Assembly: GCA_903825895.1 (NCBI GenBank)
Contig: CAIKCI010000021.1
Coordinates: forward strand, 1-24,000
Origin: an uncultured Actinomycetes bacterium
GTDB taxonomy: Bacteria > Actinomycetota > Acidimicrobiia > Acidimicrobiales > RAAP-2
Length of the DNA stretch: 24,000 bases
Direction: 5' to 3'
Positions within the stretch are counted from its first letter, which is position 1; each line of letters opens with the position of its first letter. The position numbers and the translations under genes were made by a program. Below the pieces are notes generated by a model. That model saw only the letters and a program-made list of their open reading frames with translations. It did not search any database and had not been told where the DNA came from. Positions 11,260-19,931 of the stretch are shown piece by piece.

Positions 11260-11265
11260 ATGCTA
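11260..11265 (-). promoter_or_regulatory. candidate -10 hexamer TAGCAT for a leaderless trpS transcript
   Basis: Minus strand reads tcTAGCATaaaggctATG. TAnnnT lies 7 nt from the start codon, with no usable SD spacing. Confidence 0.4.
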
Positions 11266-11313
11266 GAAGATCTCGATCCTCATAATGAACTGTCGCAACG
11301 CACAGGTGTTCGC

Positions 11314-11319
11314 TAGTGT
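11314..11319 (+). promoter_or_regulatory. candidate -10 hexamer TAGTGT for a leaderless scpA transcript
   Basis: cgcTAGTGTgaagccGTG. TAnnnT lies 6 nt from GTG 11326. Confidence 0.4.
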
Positions 11320-11325
11320 GAAGCC

Positions 11326-12117
11326 GTGAGCTACGTCGTGTCAACGCCAGTCTTTTCTGGCCCGATTGAGCTCCTTCTCTCTCTGGTCTCAAGCCATGAG
11401 GTCGATATTCTCGATATTGAACTGACTCCTGTGATTGACGCGTTTGTCAAAGAGGTCGTGCACGCTCAAGGCGACCTTCCTATGGACGAACTCAGTGATT
11501 TCCTGTTAGTTGCTGCAATCTTGCTCGAGATGAAAAGCCGACGCTTGCTTCCAGGTCCTGATGAAGTCGATGGGGATGACGAACTCGTTGGTTGGGAAGA
11601 GCGTGACCTGCTTCTTGCACGTCTCCTCGAACTTCGCGCCTACTCGGCAGCTTCCGATCTGTTCTCGGGACTCTTCGACAGTGCGGCGAGGTCACTTGCT
11701 CGCAATGCCGGCCTCGACGAGGGATTCATCGTCGAGCCTCCAGACCTCTTGGTCGGCGTCACCACCGAGAAACTCCTGGCAGCATTCCTGCGGTCCATTG
11801 AAGAGCGTGCCACGGACCACGTTGATTTGAGCCACGTCACGATCGATTCCGTTACTGTTGCCGAGACCGTGAGTAATTTGGCTCGAGACCTTCCCCTTCG
11901 AGGCAGGGTCAGTTTCCGGGCCCTGGTTGCCGGCCTCACCGAGCGATTGGAAATCATTGTTCACTTTTTGGCTGTGCTTGAGTTGTGCAAACTCGGCAGA
12001 GTGGCATTAGGGCAAGGCACGACGTTTGGAGACCTTTCTATCGAGTGGCTGGGTGATGCTCCGACCAATGACGATATTGTTTCTGGCACACTGGAGGTTG
12101 ATGATTATGAAGGATGA
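11326..12117 (+). CDS. scpA: segregation and condensation protein A
   Basis: N-terminus FSGPIELLLSLVSSHEVDILDIEL; C-terminal region RLEIIVHFLAVLELCK. GTG start lies 6 nt after TAGTGT. Confidence 0.88.
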   Translation: MSYVVSTPVFSGPIELLLSLVSSHEVDILDIELTPVIDAFVKEVVHAQGDLPMDELSDFLLVAAILLEMKSRRLLPGPDEVDGDDELVGWEERDLLLARLLELRAYSAASDLFSGLFDSAARSLARNAGLDEGFIVEPPDLLVGVTTEKLLAAFLRSIEERATDHVDLSHVTIDSVTVAETVSNLARDLPLRGRVSFRALVAGLTERLEIIVHFLAVLELCKLGRVALGQGTTFGDLSIEWLGDAPTNDDIVSGTLEVDDYEG

Positions 12118-12679
12118 CGAACTCTCTTGTGCCCTTGAGGCGCTGTTCACCGTTGCTCTGGAACCGCTCTCGATCGAAGTTATGGCAGAGGTGACTGGCG
12201 CCGATGTGACTGCCGTGGCGGAAACCGTGGCCGCCATCCACTACCAGCTGCAACAAGAGGGGAGAGGGTTCCAACTCTTGGAGTTGGCCTCTGGCTGGAG
12301 GATGCAGACGAACCCTGAGGTAGCAGAAGTCGTCCAACGATTTGCGCAACGTGAGGTTTCGACGCGCCTCTCGACTGCTGCTCTTGAAACCTTGGCCATT
12401 GTTGCGTACCGCCAACCAGTGACGAGGGCACAGATCGCCACACTTCGTGGCGTGAATGTCGATGGCGTCGTGCGGCTTTTAGAACAGCGTGGCTACATCG
12501 AAATCGTCGGCGTAGCTGAAGGCCCGGGCCAACCGCAGCTCTATGGCACGGGTGAGGTCTTCCTTGACCGCATGGGACTCTCCAGCCTTTCCCAACTGCC
12601 ACAGCCCGAGACCCTTCTCCCTGACCCCGAAGAAGCCACGCAGTTGGCCGATGAACTTACAGGTGCCACTAGCGAATGA
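12107..12679 (+). CDS. scpB: segregation and condensation protein B
   Basis: LEALFTVALEPLS...GFQLLELASGWRMQT...LETLAIVAYRQPVTRAQI..LRGV. GGAGG (12093-12097) lies 9 nt before ATG 12107, so the track start 12026 is an over-extension. 11-nt overlap with scpA. Confidence 0.88.
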   Translation: MKDDELSCALEALFTVALEPLSIEVMAEVTGADVTAVAETVAAIHYQLQQEGRGFQLLELASGWRMQTNPEVAEVVQRFAQREVSTRLSTAALETLAIVAYRQPVTRAQIATLRGVNVDGVVRLLEQRGYIEIVGVAEGPGQPQLYGTGEVFLDRMGLSSLSQLPQPETLLPDPEEATQLADELTGATSE

Positions 12680-13428
12680 CGGCGCCAGCAGCACTTGATC
12701 GGCTGCAGAAGGTACTTGCCCGGGCAGGCTATGGGAGTCGGCGAGTTTGTGAGGATTTGATCGCCGAGCAGCGAGTCACGGTGAATGGTCAGGTAGCCAC
12801 ACTGGGTGATCGGGTTGATCCATCGACGGCGCGTGTGGAGGTCGATGGTGTGCTTGCTCCAATCGCTCAAGATCTTGTGCACTACCTGTTCAACAAGCCC
12901 TCGGGGGTCGTCACGACAGCGATGGATCCTCAGGGTCGAAAAACAGTTCTGAACTTCGTCCCAGCGACCCCTCGAGTGTTCCCGGTAGGTCGGTTGGATC
13001 TCATGACAGAGGGTCTGTTGATCTTGACCAACGACGGTCCGCTCGCCCATGACCTCATGCACCCCTCTCGAGGTGTCGAGAAGGAATACCTCGCTCAGGT
13101 TGTTGGTGATCCTCAACCCGCAGCTATCCGATCACTGCGTGAAGGTGTTGCGCTCGACGATGGGATGACCGCGCCAGCAAAAGTGGCCAGAGTCAGTGAA
13201 TCGCTTCTTCGGATCACCATTCACGAGGGAAGAAATCGTCAGGTTCGACGCATGTGTGATGCCGTGGGTCATCCAATCGAACGACTCGTGAGGACCCGTA
13301 TCGGCGGTGTGGGGGATGCAGCGCTGAAACCTGGTCAGTACCGTGAATTAACGCTTCCGGAACTCACAAGGCTTGCTACGGCTGTCTCGAGAGATCCAGG
13401 GCCCAGTGAGCCAAGAGAGGCCAAGTAG
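12676..13428 (+). CDS. rluB: pseudouridine synthase, RsuA/RluB family (S4 domain plus catalytic domain)
   Basis: RLQKVLARAGYGSRRVCEDLI (S4 domain); catalytic VGRLDLMTEGLLILTNDG; HEGRNRQVRRM. ATGA overlap with scpB. Confidence 0.85.
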   Translation: MTAPAALDRLQKVLARAGYGSRRVCEDLIAEQRVTVNGQVATLGDRVDPSTARVEVDGVLAPIAQDLVHYLFNKPSGVVTTAMDPQGRKTVLNFVPATPRVFPVGRLDLMTEGLLILTNDGPLAHDLMHPSRGVEKEYLAQVVGDPQPAAIRSLREGVALDDGMTAPAKVARVSESLLRITIHEGRNRQVRRMCDAVGHPIERLVRTRIGGVGDAALKPGQYRELTLPELTRLATAVSRDPGPSEPREAK

Positions 13429-13431
13429 TCT
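13426..13431 (+). promoter_or_regulatory. possible internal -10 hexamer TAGTCT upstream of aroH (weak)
   Basis: TAGTCT overlaps the rluB stop codon, followed by 9 nt and then ATG 13441. The spacing is longer than in the other cases. Confidence 0.2.
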
Positions 13432-13440
13432 AGGGCTCAT

Positions 13441-13812
13441 ATGGAAACGTCTACAGTTCGGGCTCTTCGAGGGGCAACAACCGTTGAAACGGACACCCCA
13501 GAGGAGATCTCCAGCCGCACGCTCGAAGTTCTTCATGCGTTGCTGGAACAAAACTCATTAGAGCACCAAGATCTCATCAGTATTTTCTTTACGGCCACGC
13601 CCGATCTTGTTTCTGCATTTCCAGCAACAGGGCCCCGCCTTAATGGCTTCGGCGATGTGCCGCTGATGTGTGCTCAGGAGATTGCCGTCAACGGCTCGGC
13701 TCAGCGATGTGTACGTATCTTGCTGCATGTGAACACCGACAAAGCACGGAGCGAGCTTCATCACGTCTACCTTCACGGCGCACAAGGGTTACGCGATGAC
13801 CTCCCCAAGTAA
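13441..13812 (+). CDS. aroH: chorismate mutase, AroH type (monofunctional)
   Basis: 123 aa with VRALRGATTVE near the N-terminus and IRILLHVNT.., typical of AroH-class chorismate mutase. Confidence 0.8.
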   Translation: METSTVRALRGATTVETDTPEEISSRTLEVLHALLEQNSLEHQDLISIFFTATPDLVSAFPATGPRLNGFGDVPLMCAQEIAVNGSAQRCVRILLHVNTDKARSELHHVYLHGAQGLRDDLPK

Positions 13813-14887
13813 AGAGTCGCCGAACCCATCAGTACTTGTGGTTGGCGTGGGGCTCATTGGAGGCTCAATCGCCCTTGGCTTGAAAGAAGCCGGTTGGCAT
13901 GTGGTGGGGTACGACATTGACGAAGACGTTCTGGACGAAGCCCGGCGGCGAAACCTTATTGACAGCGCTGACTCGGCATCTGACGTTGATCTGGTCGTCA
14001 TTGCCGTCCCGAGTTTCAAAGTCGTCGAGGTTGCGGAGAAATTTATGGCGTCGATATCCTCCGCCACGACGATTTTCACCGATGTCGCTGGGGTCAAGTC
14101 GACTATTTCGAGCCACATCACTGACCCCAGATTCCTCGGGGGTCATCCAATGGCCGGATCCGAACTGCATGGAATCCATGGTGCACGCTCTGACATGTTC
14201 GTAGGAGCGAACTGGGTCCTCACCCCTGACGCATCCACTGAACCCGAAGCCTATGGACCAATTCAGTTGATGATCAAAGACCTCGGTGCCCATTCGGTCA
14301 CCTTGTCTCCTGAGGATCATGACCGAATGGTTGCTCTTGTCAGCCACCTTCCCCACCTGGTTGCGGCATCTCTGATGAATCAAGCATCAGAATCTGCAGC
14401 CGATGATGATGTCCTCCTTCAATTAGCAGCCGGAGGATTTCGGGACATGACCAGGATCGCAGCCGGTGATCCAGCGATTTGGCCCGATGTCGTTCTCGAG
14501 AATCAAGAGGCGATCTTGGCAGGGCTAGATGGCCTCCAATCTCGGCTCTCGACCTTGCGGTCAACGATTTCTTCTGGAGAGCGCAGCGCTTTATTGACCG
14601 TACTGACGTCGGCTTCGATCTCACGCAACTCCTTACCAAGTACAAAGGCCAAGCGCGAAACACTCACTGAGATGAGGATCCCCGTACCGGACCGTCCGGG
14701 AGTTCTCGCCGAGATTACCGGTGTGGCCAGCGGACTCGATGTCAGCCTCTTCGATCTCGAGATTGCACACAACATTGAGGGCGACCGAGGTGTTCTGATT
14801 CTGATCGTGGAACGTTCCCGCTCAGCACTATTTTCGACAGCCCTGAGTGAACTTGGATATGTGTCCTCGTCGATGGATTTGCACTAA
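13796..14887 (+). CDS. tyrA: prephenate dehydrogenase with C-terminal ACT domain
   Basis: Rossmann fold VLVVGVGLIGGSIA; catalytic GGHPMAGSE; C-terminal ACT-like segment (RIPVPDRPGVLAEITG...). AAGGG lies 7 nt upstream. 17-nt overlap with aroH. Confidence 0.88.
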   Translation: MTSPSKESPNPSVLVVGVGLIGGSIALGLKEAGWHVVGYDIDEDVLDEARRRNLIDSADSASDVDLVVIAVPSFKVVEVAEKFMASISSATTIFTDVAGVKSTISSHITDPRFLGGHPMAGSELHGIHGARSDMFVGANWVLTPDASTEPEAYGPIQLMIKDLGAHSVTLSPEDHDRMVALVSHLPHLVAASLMNQASESAADDDVLLQLAAGGFRDMTRIAAGDPAIWPDVVLENQEAILAGLDGLQSRLSTLRSTISSGERSALLTVLTSASISRNSLPSTKAKRETLTEMRIPVPDRPGVLAEITGVASGLDVSLFDLEIAHNIEGDRGVLILIVERSRSALFSTALSELGYVSSSMDLH

Positions 14888-16179
14888 TGCCAATCCCGTC
14901 GACAGTGACCATGACCCCCTCCCCGACAATGGTTGGCTCCGTCACACCTCCAGGAGATAAATCGATCTCCCATCGCGCTTTGCTCCTCAGCGCATTGGGC
15001 GAAGGAACATCAACTATTAACGGACTCTCACCCGGTGCTGACGTCCAGGCGACGAAGACGATCATCGAGCAACTCGGCGCATTCACGGCGGAAGCGAAGA
15101 ATGGGTTCTTGGAGGTGACGGGAGGCCGATTACGTCTCCATGCGTCGATGGAGCCCTTGGATTGCGGGAACTCCGGCACCACCATGCGTCTGTTGATGGG
15201 CGTGCTTTCGGGTATTGAGGGGACCCATCGGCTCGTCGGAGACGCCTCACTGACACTCCGGCCAATGGACCGTGTGGCCCAACCACTTCGAGAAATGGGT
15301 GCAATAATCACCGGGCGCAGCGAACAAGAGTTCCCTCCGTTAGAGATTATCGGGGCCGCCCTCCAAGGAATTGAGTTCACGACCAAGATGGCGAGCGCCC
15401 AGGTGAAGTCCGCAATTCTTCTGGCGGGTCTCTTCGCGAGTGGGACGACCGTCCTCCACGAGTTAATCGAAACACGTCCGCACACCGAAGAGATGATGGC
15501 AGCAGCCGGTGCTTCGATTTCGGAAGAACGATCAAACGGAGGCAAAAGCATTACGCTTCATCCGTCGACACTTCAGGCACGTCACTGGGAAGTGCCTGGC
15601 GACCCTTCGAATGCGGCGTTCTGGGTTGTCGCGGGTCTATTGGCCGAGAGGGGTGAGGTCCATATTCGCCACATTTACTCCGGATCGACTCGTGTCGGAT
15701 TTCTCTCGGTGCTCGAGCGCATGGGTGGGGCCATCGAACGAGTGTCATCCGATGACTTCTCCGTCGACCTGATCATCAAAACGGCAGCTCTCGGAGGGAC
15801 AACGATCGAATCTCGAGAAATTCCTTCGCTCGATGAAATTCCTATTTTGGCCGTAGCCGCTGCGGGGTCTGAAGGAGTGACCAGATTCCACGATGCCGAA
15901 GAGTTGCGGGTGAAAGAGTCGGATCGCTTTACTCTCACGATGGCACTGGCCGAATCTCTTGGAGCGACATCCTGGGCTGAAGGTAATACCTTGTGCATCG
16001 AAGGTATCGGATCTCCTCGTAATTTCCTCTCCTTCGATTTTGATTGTCACCATGATCACCGATTAGCGATGGCCGCAGCCATTGCTGGACGAGTTGGGAA
16101 TGGGGGAGTGATTCACGGATTCACCTCGATTTCGACGAACTACCCATCGTTTCTGGACCATATGGATCAGTTCCAATGA
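14887..16179 (+). CDS. aroA: 3-phosphoshikimate 1-carboxyvinyltransferase (EPSP synthase)
   Basis: PGDKSISHRALLL, LDCGNSGTTMRLL, SAQVKSA, RPHTE, RVKESDR. TAATG stop/start overlap with tyrA. Confidence 0.92.
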   Translation: MPIPSTVTMTPSPTMVGSVTPPGDKSISHRALLLSALGEGTSTINGLSPGADVQATKTIIEQLGAFTAEAKNGFLEVTGGRLRLHASMEPLDCGNSGTTMRLLMGVLSGIEGTHRLVGDASLTLRPMDRVAQPLREMGAIITGRSEQEFPPLEIIGAALQGIEFTTKMASAQVKSAILLAGLFASGTTVLHELIETRPHTEEMMAAAGASISEERSNGGKSITLHPSTLQARHWEVPGDPSNAAFWVVAGLLAERGEVHIRHIYSGSTRVGFLSVLERMGGAIERVSSDDFSVDLIIKTAALGGTTIESREIPSLDEIPILAVAAAGSEGVTRFHDAEELRVKESDRFTLTMALAESLGATSWAEGNTLCIEGIGSPRNFLSFDFDCHHDHRLAMAAAIAGRVGNGGVIHGFTSISTNYPSFLDHMDQFQ

Positions 16180-16808
16180 CCGAATCTCTGATCATCGCCA
16201 TCGATGGTTCAGCCGGATCGGGAAAGTCCACGCTGGCCGCAGCCTTGGCGGAGCGCCTGGGCCTGGCGACGCTCGATACCGGCAGTACCTACCGCGCCAT
16301 GACTGCTGCGGTCTTGCATGAGGATCTCGACCCAGCCAATAACGCCGCCACCGCAGCGTTCGCACAAGCGGCCGCCATTGACGATCTCGACGGTACCGTC
16401 ATCAACGCAGTGAATTACAGCGATGAACTCCGCACCGCTGAGGTCAATTCTGCGGTGTCGTTGGTCGCTGCGAACCCTCTCGTTCGTCAAGTTCTTGTTT
16501 CATGGCAGCGCTCTTGGGTTGCACTGCGTCGAGGTGGCGTCGTCGAAGGAAGAGACATCGGTACCGTCGTATTCCCTGACGCTACCGTCAAAGTATTTCT
16601 GACTGCTCGGAGTAGCGAGCGCGCTCGACGGCGTCCAGAAGAAGGTTTGGCGTCGATTGAGCGCCGTGACGAACTGGATTCCAAGCGAGAATCATCACCA
16701 CTGGCTCGAGCTGAGGATGCGATGGAAATCGACACGACAGACCGTCCAGTGAGCGATATTGTTGATCTCGTGGTTGCATCGATTCCGAAGCAGATCCATC
16801 GTGCGTAA
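16176..16808 (+). CDS. cmk: cytidylate kinase
   Basis: P-loop IAIDGSAGSGKST; LDTGSTYRAMT; GRDIGTVVFP. ATGA overlap with aroA. Confidence 0.92.
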   Translation: MTESLIIAIDGSAGSGKSTLAAALAERLGLATLDTGSTYRAMTAAVLHEDLDPANNAATAAFAQAAAIDDLDGTVINAVNYSDELRTAEVNSAVSLVAANPLVRQVLVSWQRSWVALRRGGVVEGRDIGTVVFPDATVKVFLTARSSERARRRPEEGLASIERRDELDSKRESSPLARAEDAMEIDTTDRPVSDIVDLVVASIPKQIHRA

Positions 16809-16812
16809 TGAG

Positions 16813-17493
16813 ATGGGCGCTTCTGATGCTCCAGCTCGAGGAACACATTTCCTCCCTAGTGAGCACTCGACGTTCACCTATCGGTTTCTCAAGGGTCTCG
16901 TTGCGATCATCCTTCGTATTTGGCTTCGCCCCGTTCAGGAAGGACCCGGGAGTATTCCAGACCACGGCGCAGTCATCATCACGCCCGTACATCGATCGAA
17001 CCTGGATTTTGCATTCTCGATCCTGCTCACGAAACGCAAAGTTTTTTGGATGGCGAAAGACTCATTGTGGAAATGGAAGTGGTTCGGACGGTTTCTTCTC
17101 GCGATGGGCGCATTCCCCGTCCATCGTGAATCCGCTGATCGGTCAGCCCTGAACCACGCAGAAGCAGTTCTCGAATTAGGTCAAGTCCTCGTGATGTTTC
17201 CAGAGGGTACCCGCCAGTCCGGCCCCCTCATCGGTGACATCTTTGAGGGTGCCTCCTATCTCGCAGCACGTACCGGTGCCGCGATCGTCCCTCTCGGGAT
17301 CGGTGGATCTGCTCGGGCCATGCCGAAGGGGGCAAAGTTGCCTCGACCGACTCAGGTGCGCCTGTATCTGGGTGACGTACTCCAACCGCCAATGAAGAAC
17401 CAAAAGGGGAGGGTTTCGCGATCAACCGTTCATGAGGCAACGCAAGAACTACACACCCAACTGCAAGACGCGTTCGACCGGGCGAGTTCTTAG
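16813..17493 (+). CDS. plsC: 1-acyl-sn-glycerol-3-phosphate acyltransferase family protein
   Basis: Acyltransferase H(X)4D motif PVHRSNLD plus FPEGTR. Start ambiguous: ATG 16813 or GTG 16801. The track's 16759 lies deep inside cmk. Confidence 0.8.
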   Translation: MGASDAPARGTHFLPSEHSTFTYRFLKGLVAIILRIWLRPVQEGPGSIPDHGAVIITPVHRSNLDFAFSILLTKRKVFWMAKDSLWKWKWFGRFLLAMGAFPVHRESADRSALNHAEAVLELGQVLVMFPEGTRQSGPLIGDIFEGASYLAARTGAAIVPLGIGGSARAMPKGAKLPRPTQVRLYLGDVLQPPMKNQKGRVSRSTVHEATQELHTQLQDAFDRASS

Positions 17494-18284
17494 CGTTCTC
17501 GCCACCATGTGCCAAGGACGACACGTGAGTAGCGAAAGCCGAACAGCCAGTTCTTGCCCTTTTTCGTTTCACCACTTTGCCGCGGGAGCCAGAGTGTGGG
17601 CTGTTCAGACACTCGCCAACCGCGCTTGAGGCAGGTAATCAGGAGTTCTGCTGTTTGATACTGCTCTTGAGTAAGCCGATCAATTACGTCGGCCAACATG
17701 GTGACCCGCAGTGCTCTGTAGCCATTCGAGGTGTCGGTGAGATCCGCTCCAGTCATGGCGTTCATGATCTTCGAGAAGAACACAACCCCAATCTTTCTGA
17801 AACGGTCGGAGGTGGTGTCAACACCGAGCCGTCGTGAGGCCACGACAAAATCAGACTCATTGTTGACCAAGGGTTGAAGCATGGTCGGAATTTCACTTGG
17901 ATCGTTTTGGCCGTCGGCATCAAGCGTGACGACATACTCTGCTCCAAGCTCAATGCAAAGGCGATAACCGACTTGGAGGGCGACCCCGTGACCAAGATTG
18001 GTCGGAAACTCGAAAGTGAGGAATCCCTTTTCACGACCGATGGCAGCGGTCTGGTCATCGCCACCATCAACGATGAGCAGCGTCGTTAATGGCAGTCCAC
18101 ACGCCTCGCTGGGCATGGCATCGAGTACGGCACCGATGTTGCCCTCTTCCTCGTAGGCACAAATCAACCCCACTACTTCCGTTAAAGCTGCGTGCGGGTA
18201 CTGCTGGTCAAACGCTCGCCTCGCCTCAGCAATGACGTGAGTACGCATGCCGGCGAGACGGTTTCTCTCTAGTTCCTGTGCCAT
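17490..18284 (-). CDS. family-2 glycosyltransferase, Dpm1/Ppm1/GtrB-like (polyprenyl-phosphate sugar transferase type), no C-terminal TM segment
   Basis: ICAYEEEGNIGAVL (GT-A N-terminus), DADGQNDP (DxD), and R.SGETKKG near the C-terminus (resembles the R..GESK motif of the Dpm1 family). Sugar and acceptor cannot be inferred. Confidence 0.7.
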   Translation of the reverse strand: MAQELERNRLAGMRTHVIAEARRAFDQQYPHAALTEVVGLICAYEEEGNIGAVLDAMPSEACGLPLTTLLIVDGGDDQTAAIGREKGFLTFEFPTNLGHGVALQVGYRLCIELGAEYVVTLDADGQNDPSEIPTMLQPLVNNESDFVVASRRLGVDTTSDRFRKIGVVFFSKIMNAMTGADLTDTSNGYRALRVTMLADVIDRLTQEQYQTAELLITCLKRGWRVSEQPTLWLPRQSGETKKGKNWLFGFRYSRVVLGTWWRER

Positions 18285-18292
18285 ACGAAGCC

Positions 18293-18859
18293 TTAGAGCC
18301 TGTGAGCCTGAGCGAAGACTCTTCGAACCATGGGCTCAAAATGCGAGAGGTCGGGAGTAGGGCCATCGGGATCAAAGCTTGTCTGGTCCCACTCATCAGC
18401 AAACTTTTCGGCCAGTGAGAACCATTCTTGTCCGACGTATTGATCGCGCGCATTGGGATCCATGCCGAGGTGCTCGTAGTAGTGACGCCCCTGGAAATCC
18501 TGATGGGCTGCGATCATCGATACGACTTCTTCTCGTACGTACGGTCGTAATATTTCAGCAGCAATTTTGGGGTGATTAGGCACTGAAACCACTTTGCCGA
18601 TGTCGTGGAGGAGTGAGGCGACAATCACTTCTTCGTCTGCGCCAGCGGCTTCCGCTCGTCCCGCTGTCTGTAAACAGTGCACGAGCTGGTTCACGGCAAA
18701 ACCATCAGTGATTTCTTCGAGTTGCTGCATCATTGACAAGACCGTTTCGGCGACGCGTGGCTGATTCGACATCGTCTCTTGAGCGATGATCATCCACTCA
18801 TCCTTCGAGGATTCGTCCATGCGGGTAAATAAAGCTGGAACCTTGCCTGTTGCTGTCAT
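18293..18859 (-). CDS. HD-domain metalloprotein with PhnZ/MIOX-like ligand pattern; function unknown
   Basis: Ligand pattern H61...H85-D86...H96...H119...D158, with the block NQLVHCLQTAGRAEAAGADEEVIVASLLHDIGK. SD AAGGA lies about 6 nt upstream. It is 30 bp downstream of ispH, so probably co-transcribed. Confidence 0.75.
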   Translation of the reverse strand: MTATGKVPALFTRMDESSKDEWMIIAQETMSNQPRVAETVLSMMQQLEEITDGFAVNQLVHCLQTAGRAEAAGADEEVIVASLLHDIGKVVSVPNHPKIAAEILRPYVREEVVSMIAAHQDFQGRHYYEHLGMDPNARDQYVGQEWFSLAEKFADEWDQTSFDPDGPTPDLSHFEPMVRRVFAQAHRL

Positions 18860-18889
18860 GGTTGATCCTTTCGATTACTTTTGACCATA

Positions 18890-19924
18890 TTAGGCCCGAC
18901 CTTTGAGCCCTTCGAGTACTTCCGCAGCGGAAATTGTTCGATCACGACTCAAAAGATCTTCGATTTCGAGACCCCCTGCGTCGTCAATCGTTCGAAGGAG
19001 GTCACGAAGTTCAGGCGGAGGGGGAAAATATTCATCCTCCTCGGTAGTCACCACCACTTCGACGCCGTGGGACGGATTGAGCTTATCGATCACTTCATGG
19101 ACGAGGCGCTCAGGGGCAGATGCTCCAGCGGTAACGCCTACTGTTCCCGACAAGTCATCGGGGAGTTCACTGGCACTATTCACTCTCAAAACGTTGGGAC
19201 AGCCTGACGCAGTTGCTACCGCAGCGAGGGCCATCGTGTTCGAAGAGTTTTCGGAACCAATCACGATTACTGAGTCCGATCTCCCAGCGATCTCACGAAG
19301 AGCGGCTTGCCGATTCGTAGTGGCAAAGCATAAATCACTGCGACCCGGCATCCACAGGTCAGGGAAATACTCTCGAGCCAACTCGACAAGTCCGCTCCAC
19401 TCGTCATGGCTGAGTGTTGTCTGAGCCAAGAGTGCAACAGGAGTGCCTGGTGCTATCGCTCTGAAAGCTCGCTCAACGTCTTGTTCCGTCTGGATGAGGT
19501 GTACGACGTCAGGAGCTACGGCCATGGTTCCAACGGCCTCTTCGTGCATAGCGTGGCCTACATAAAGAACTTCGTAGCCCTTGCGAGCCCGGACTTTGAG
19601 TTCGTGATGCACTTTGGTCACGAGGGGGCACACCGCATCGATCACCACTCGCGTTCCCTTTCGAGCGTCGTCAACTACCGACGGTGCTGAGCCGTGGGCA
19701 CTGAGCATCAAAGGGGCACCTTCAGGAACTTCATTGACGTCATCGACAAAGATGACGCCTTGAGCTCGAAATTGTGCAACAACGTATTGGTTGTGGACTA
19801 TCTCGTGATAACAGTAAACCGGAGGATCAAAGACTCGGACCATCCACGCCAAGGATTTGATCGCTTTTTCCACTCCCGCACAGAAACCTCGTGGGGCGGC
19901 GAGGAGGACTTGATTGACAGCCAT
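18890..19924 (-). CDS. ispH: 4-hydroxy-3-methylbut-2-enyl diphosphate reductase
   Basis: Three cluster cysteines lie in family context (PRGFCAGVEKAI, AVCPLVTKVH, DLCFATTNRQ), plus SAHG and GSENSSNT blocks. Confidence 0.92.
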   Translation of the reverse strand: MAVNQVLLAAPRGFCAGVEKAIKSLAWMVRVFDPPVYCYHEIVHNQYVVAQFRAQGVIFVDDVNEVPEGAPLMLSAHGSAPSVVDDARKGTRVVIDAVCPLVTKVHHELKVRARKGYEVLYVGHAMHEEAVGTMAVAPDVVHLIQTEQDVERAFRAIAPGTPVALLAQTTLSHDEWSGLVELAREYFPDLWMPGRSDLCFATTNRQAALREIAGRSDSVIVIGSENSSNTMALAAVATASGCPNVLRVNSASELPDDLSGTVGVTAGASAPERLVHEVIDKLNPSHGVEVVVTTEEDEYFPPPPELRDLLRTIDDAGGLEIEDLLSRDRTISAAEVLEGLKGRA

Positions 19925-19931
19925 GGCTATC

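Noticed and set aside
11275-11305. A CATAAT-containing sequence as a possible dif (XerCD) site.
   Set aside because: The right-arm consensus (TTATGTnAAnT-like) is absent and the spacing does not fit. I found no convincing dif-like site in the window.
11253-11325. T-box or attenuator leader upstream of trpS.
   Set aside because: Only 73 bp are available and they are shared with scpA. That is far too short for a T-box, and I see no terminator or antiterminator stems.
14742-15551. Long antisense ORFs inside annotated genes: 269 aa opposite aroA, 222 aa at 9291-9959 opposite xerD, 191 aa at 12541-13116 opposite rluB, 196 aa at 21351-21941 opposite der, 178 aa at 3131-3667 opposite the HAD gene, and 158 aa at 22338-22814.
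   Set aside because: Their translations are low-complexity and rich in Arg/Ser/Pro, with no recognisable motifs. The sense-strand products are full-length and family-typical. Stop-poor antisense frames are expected opposite GC-biased coding sequence.
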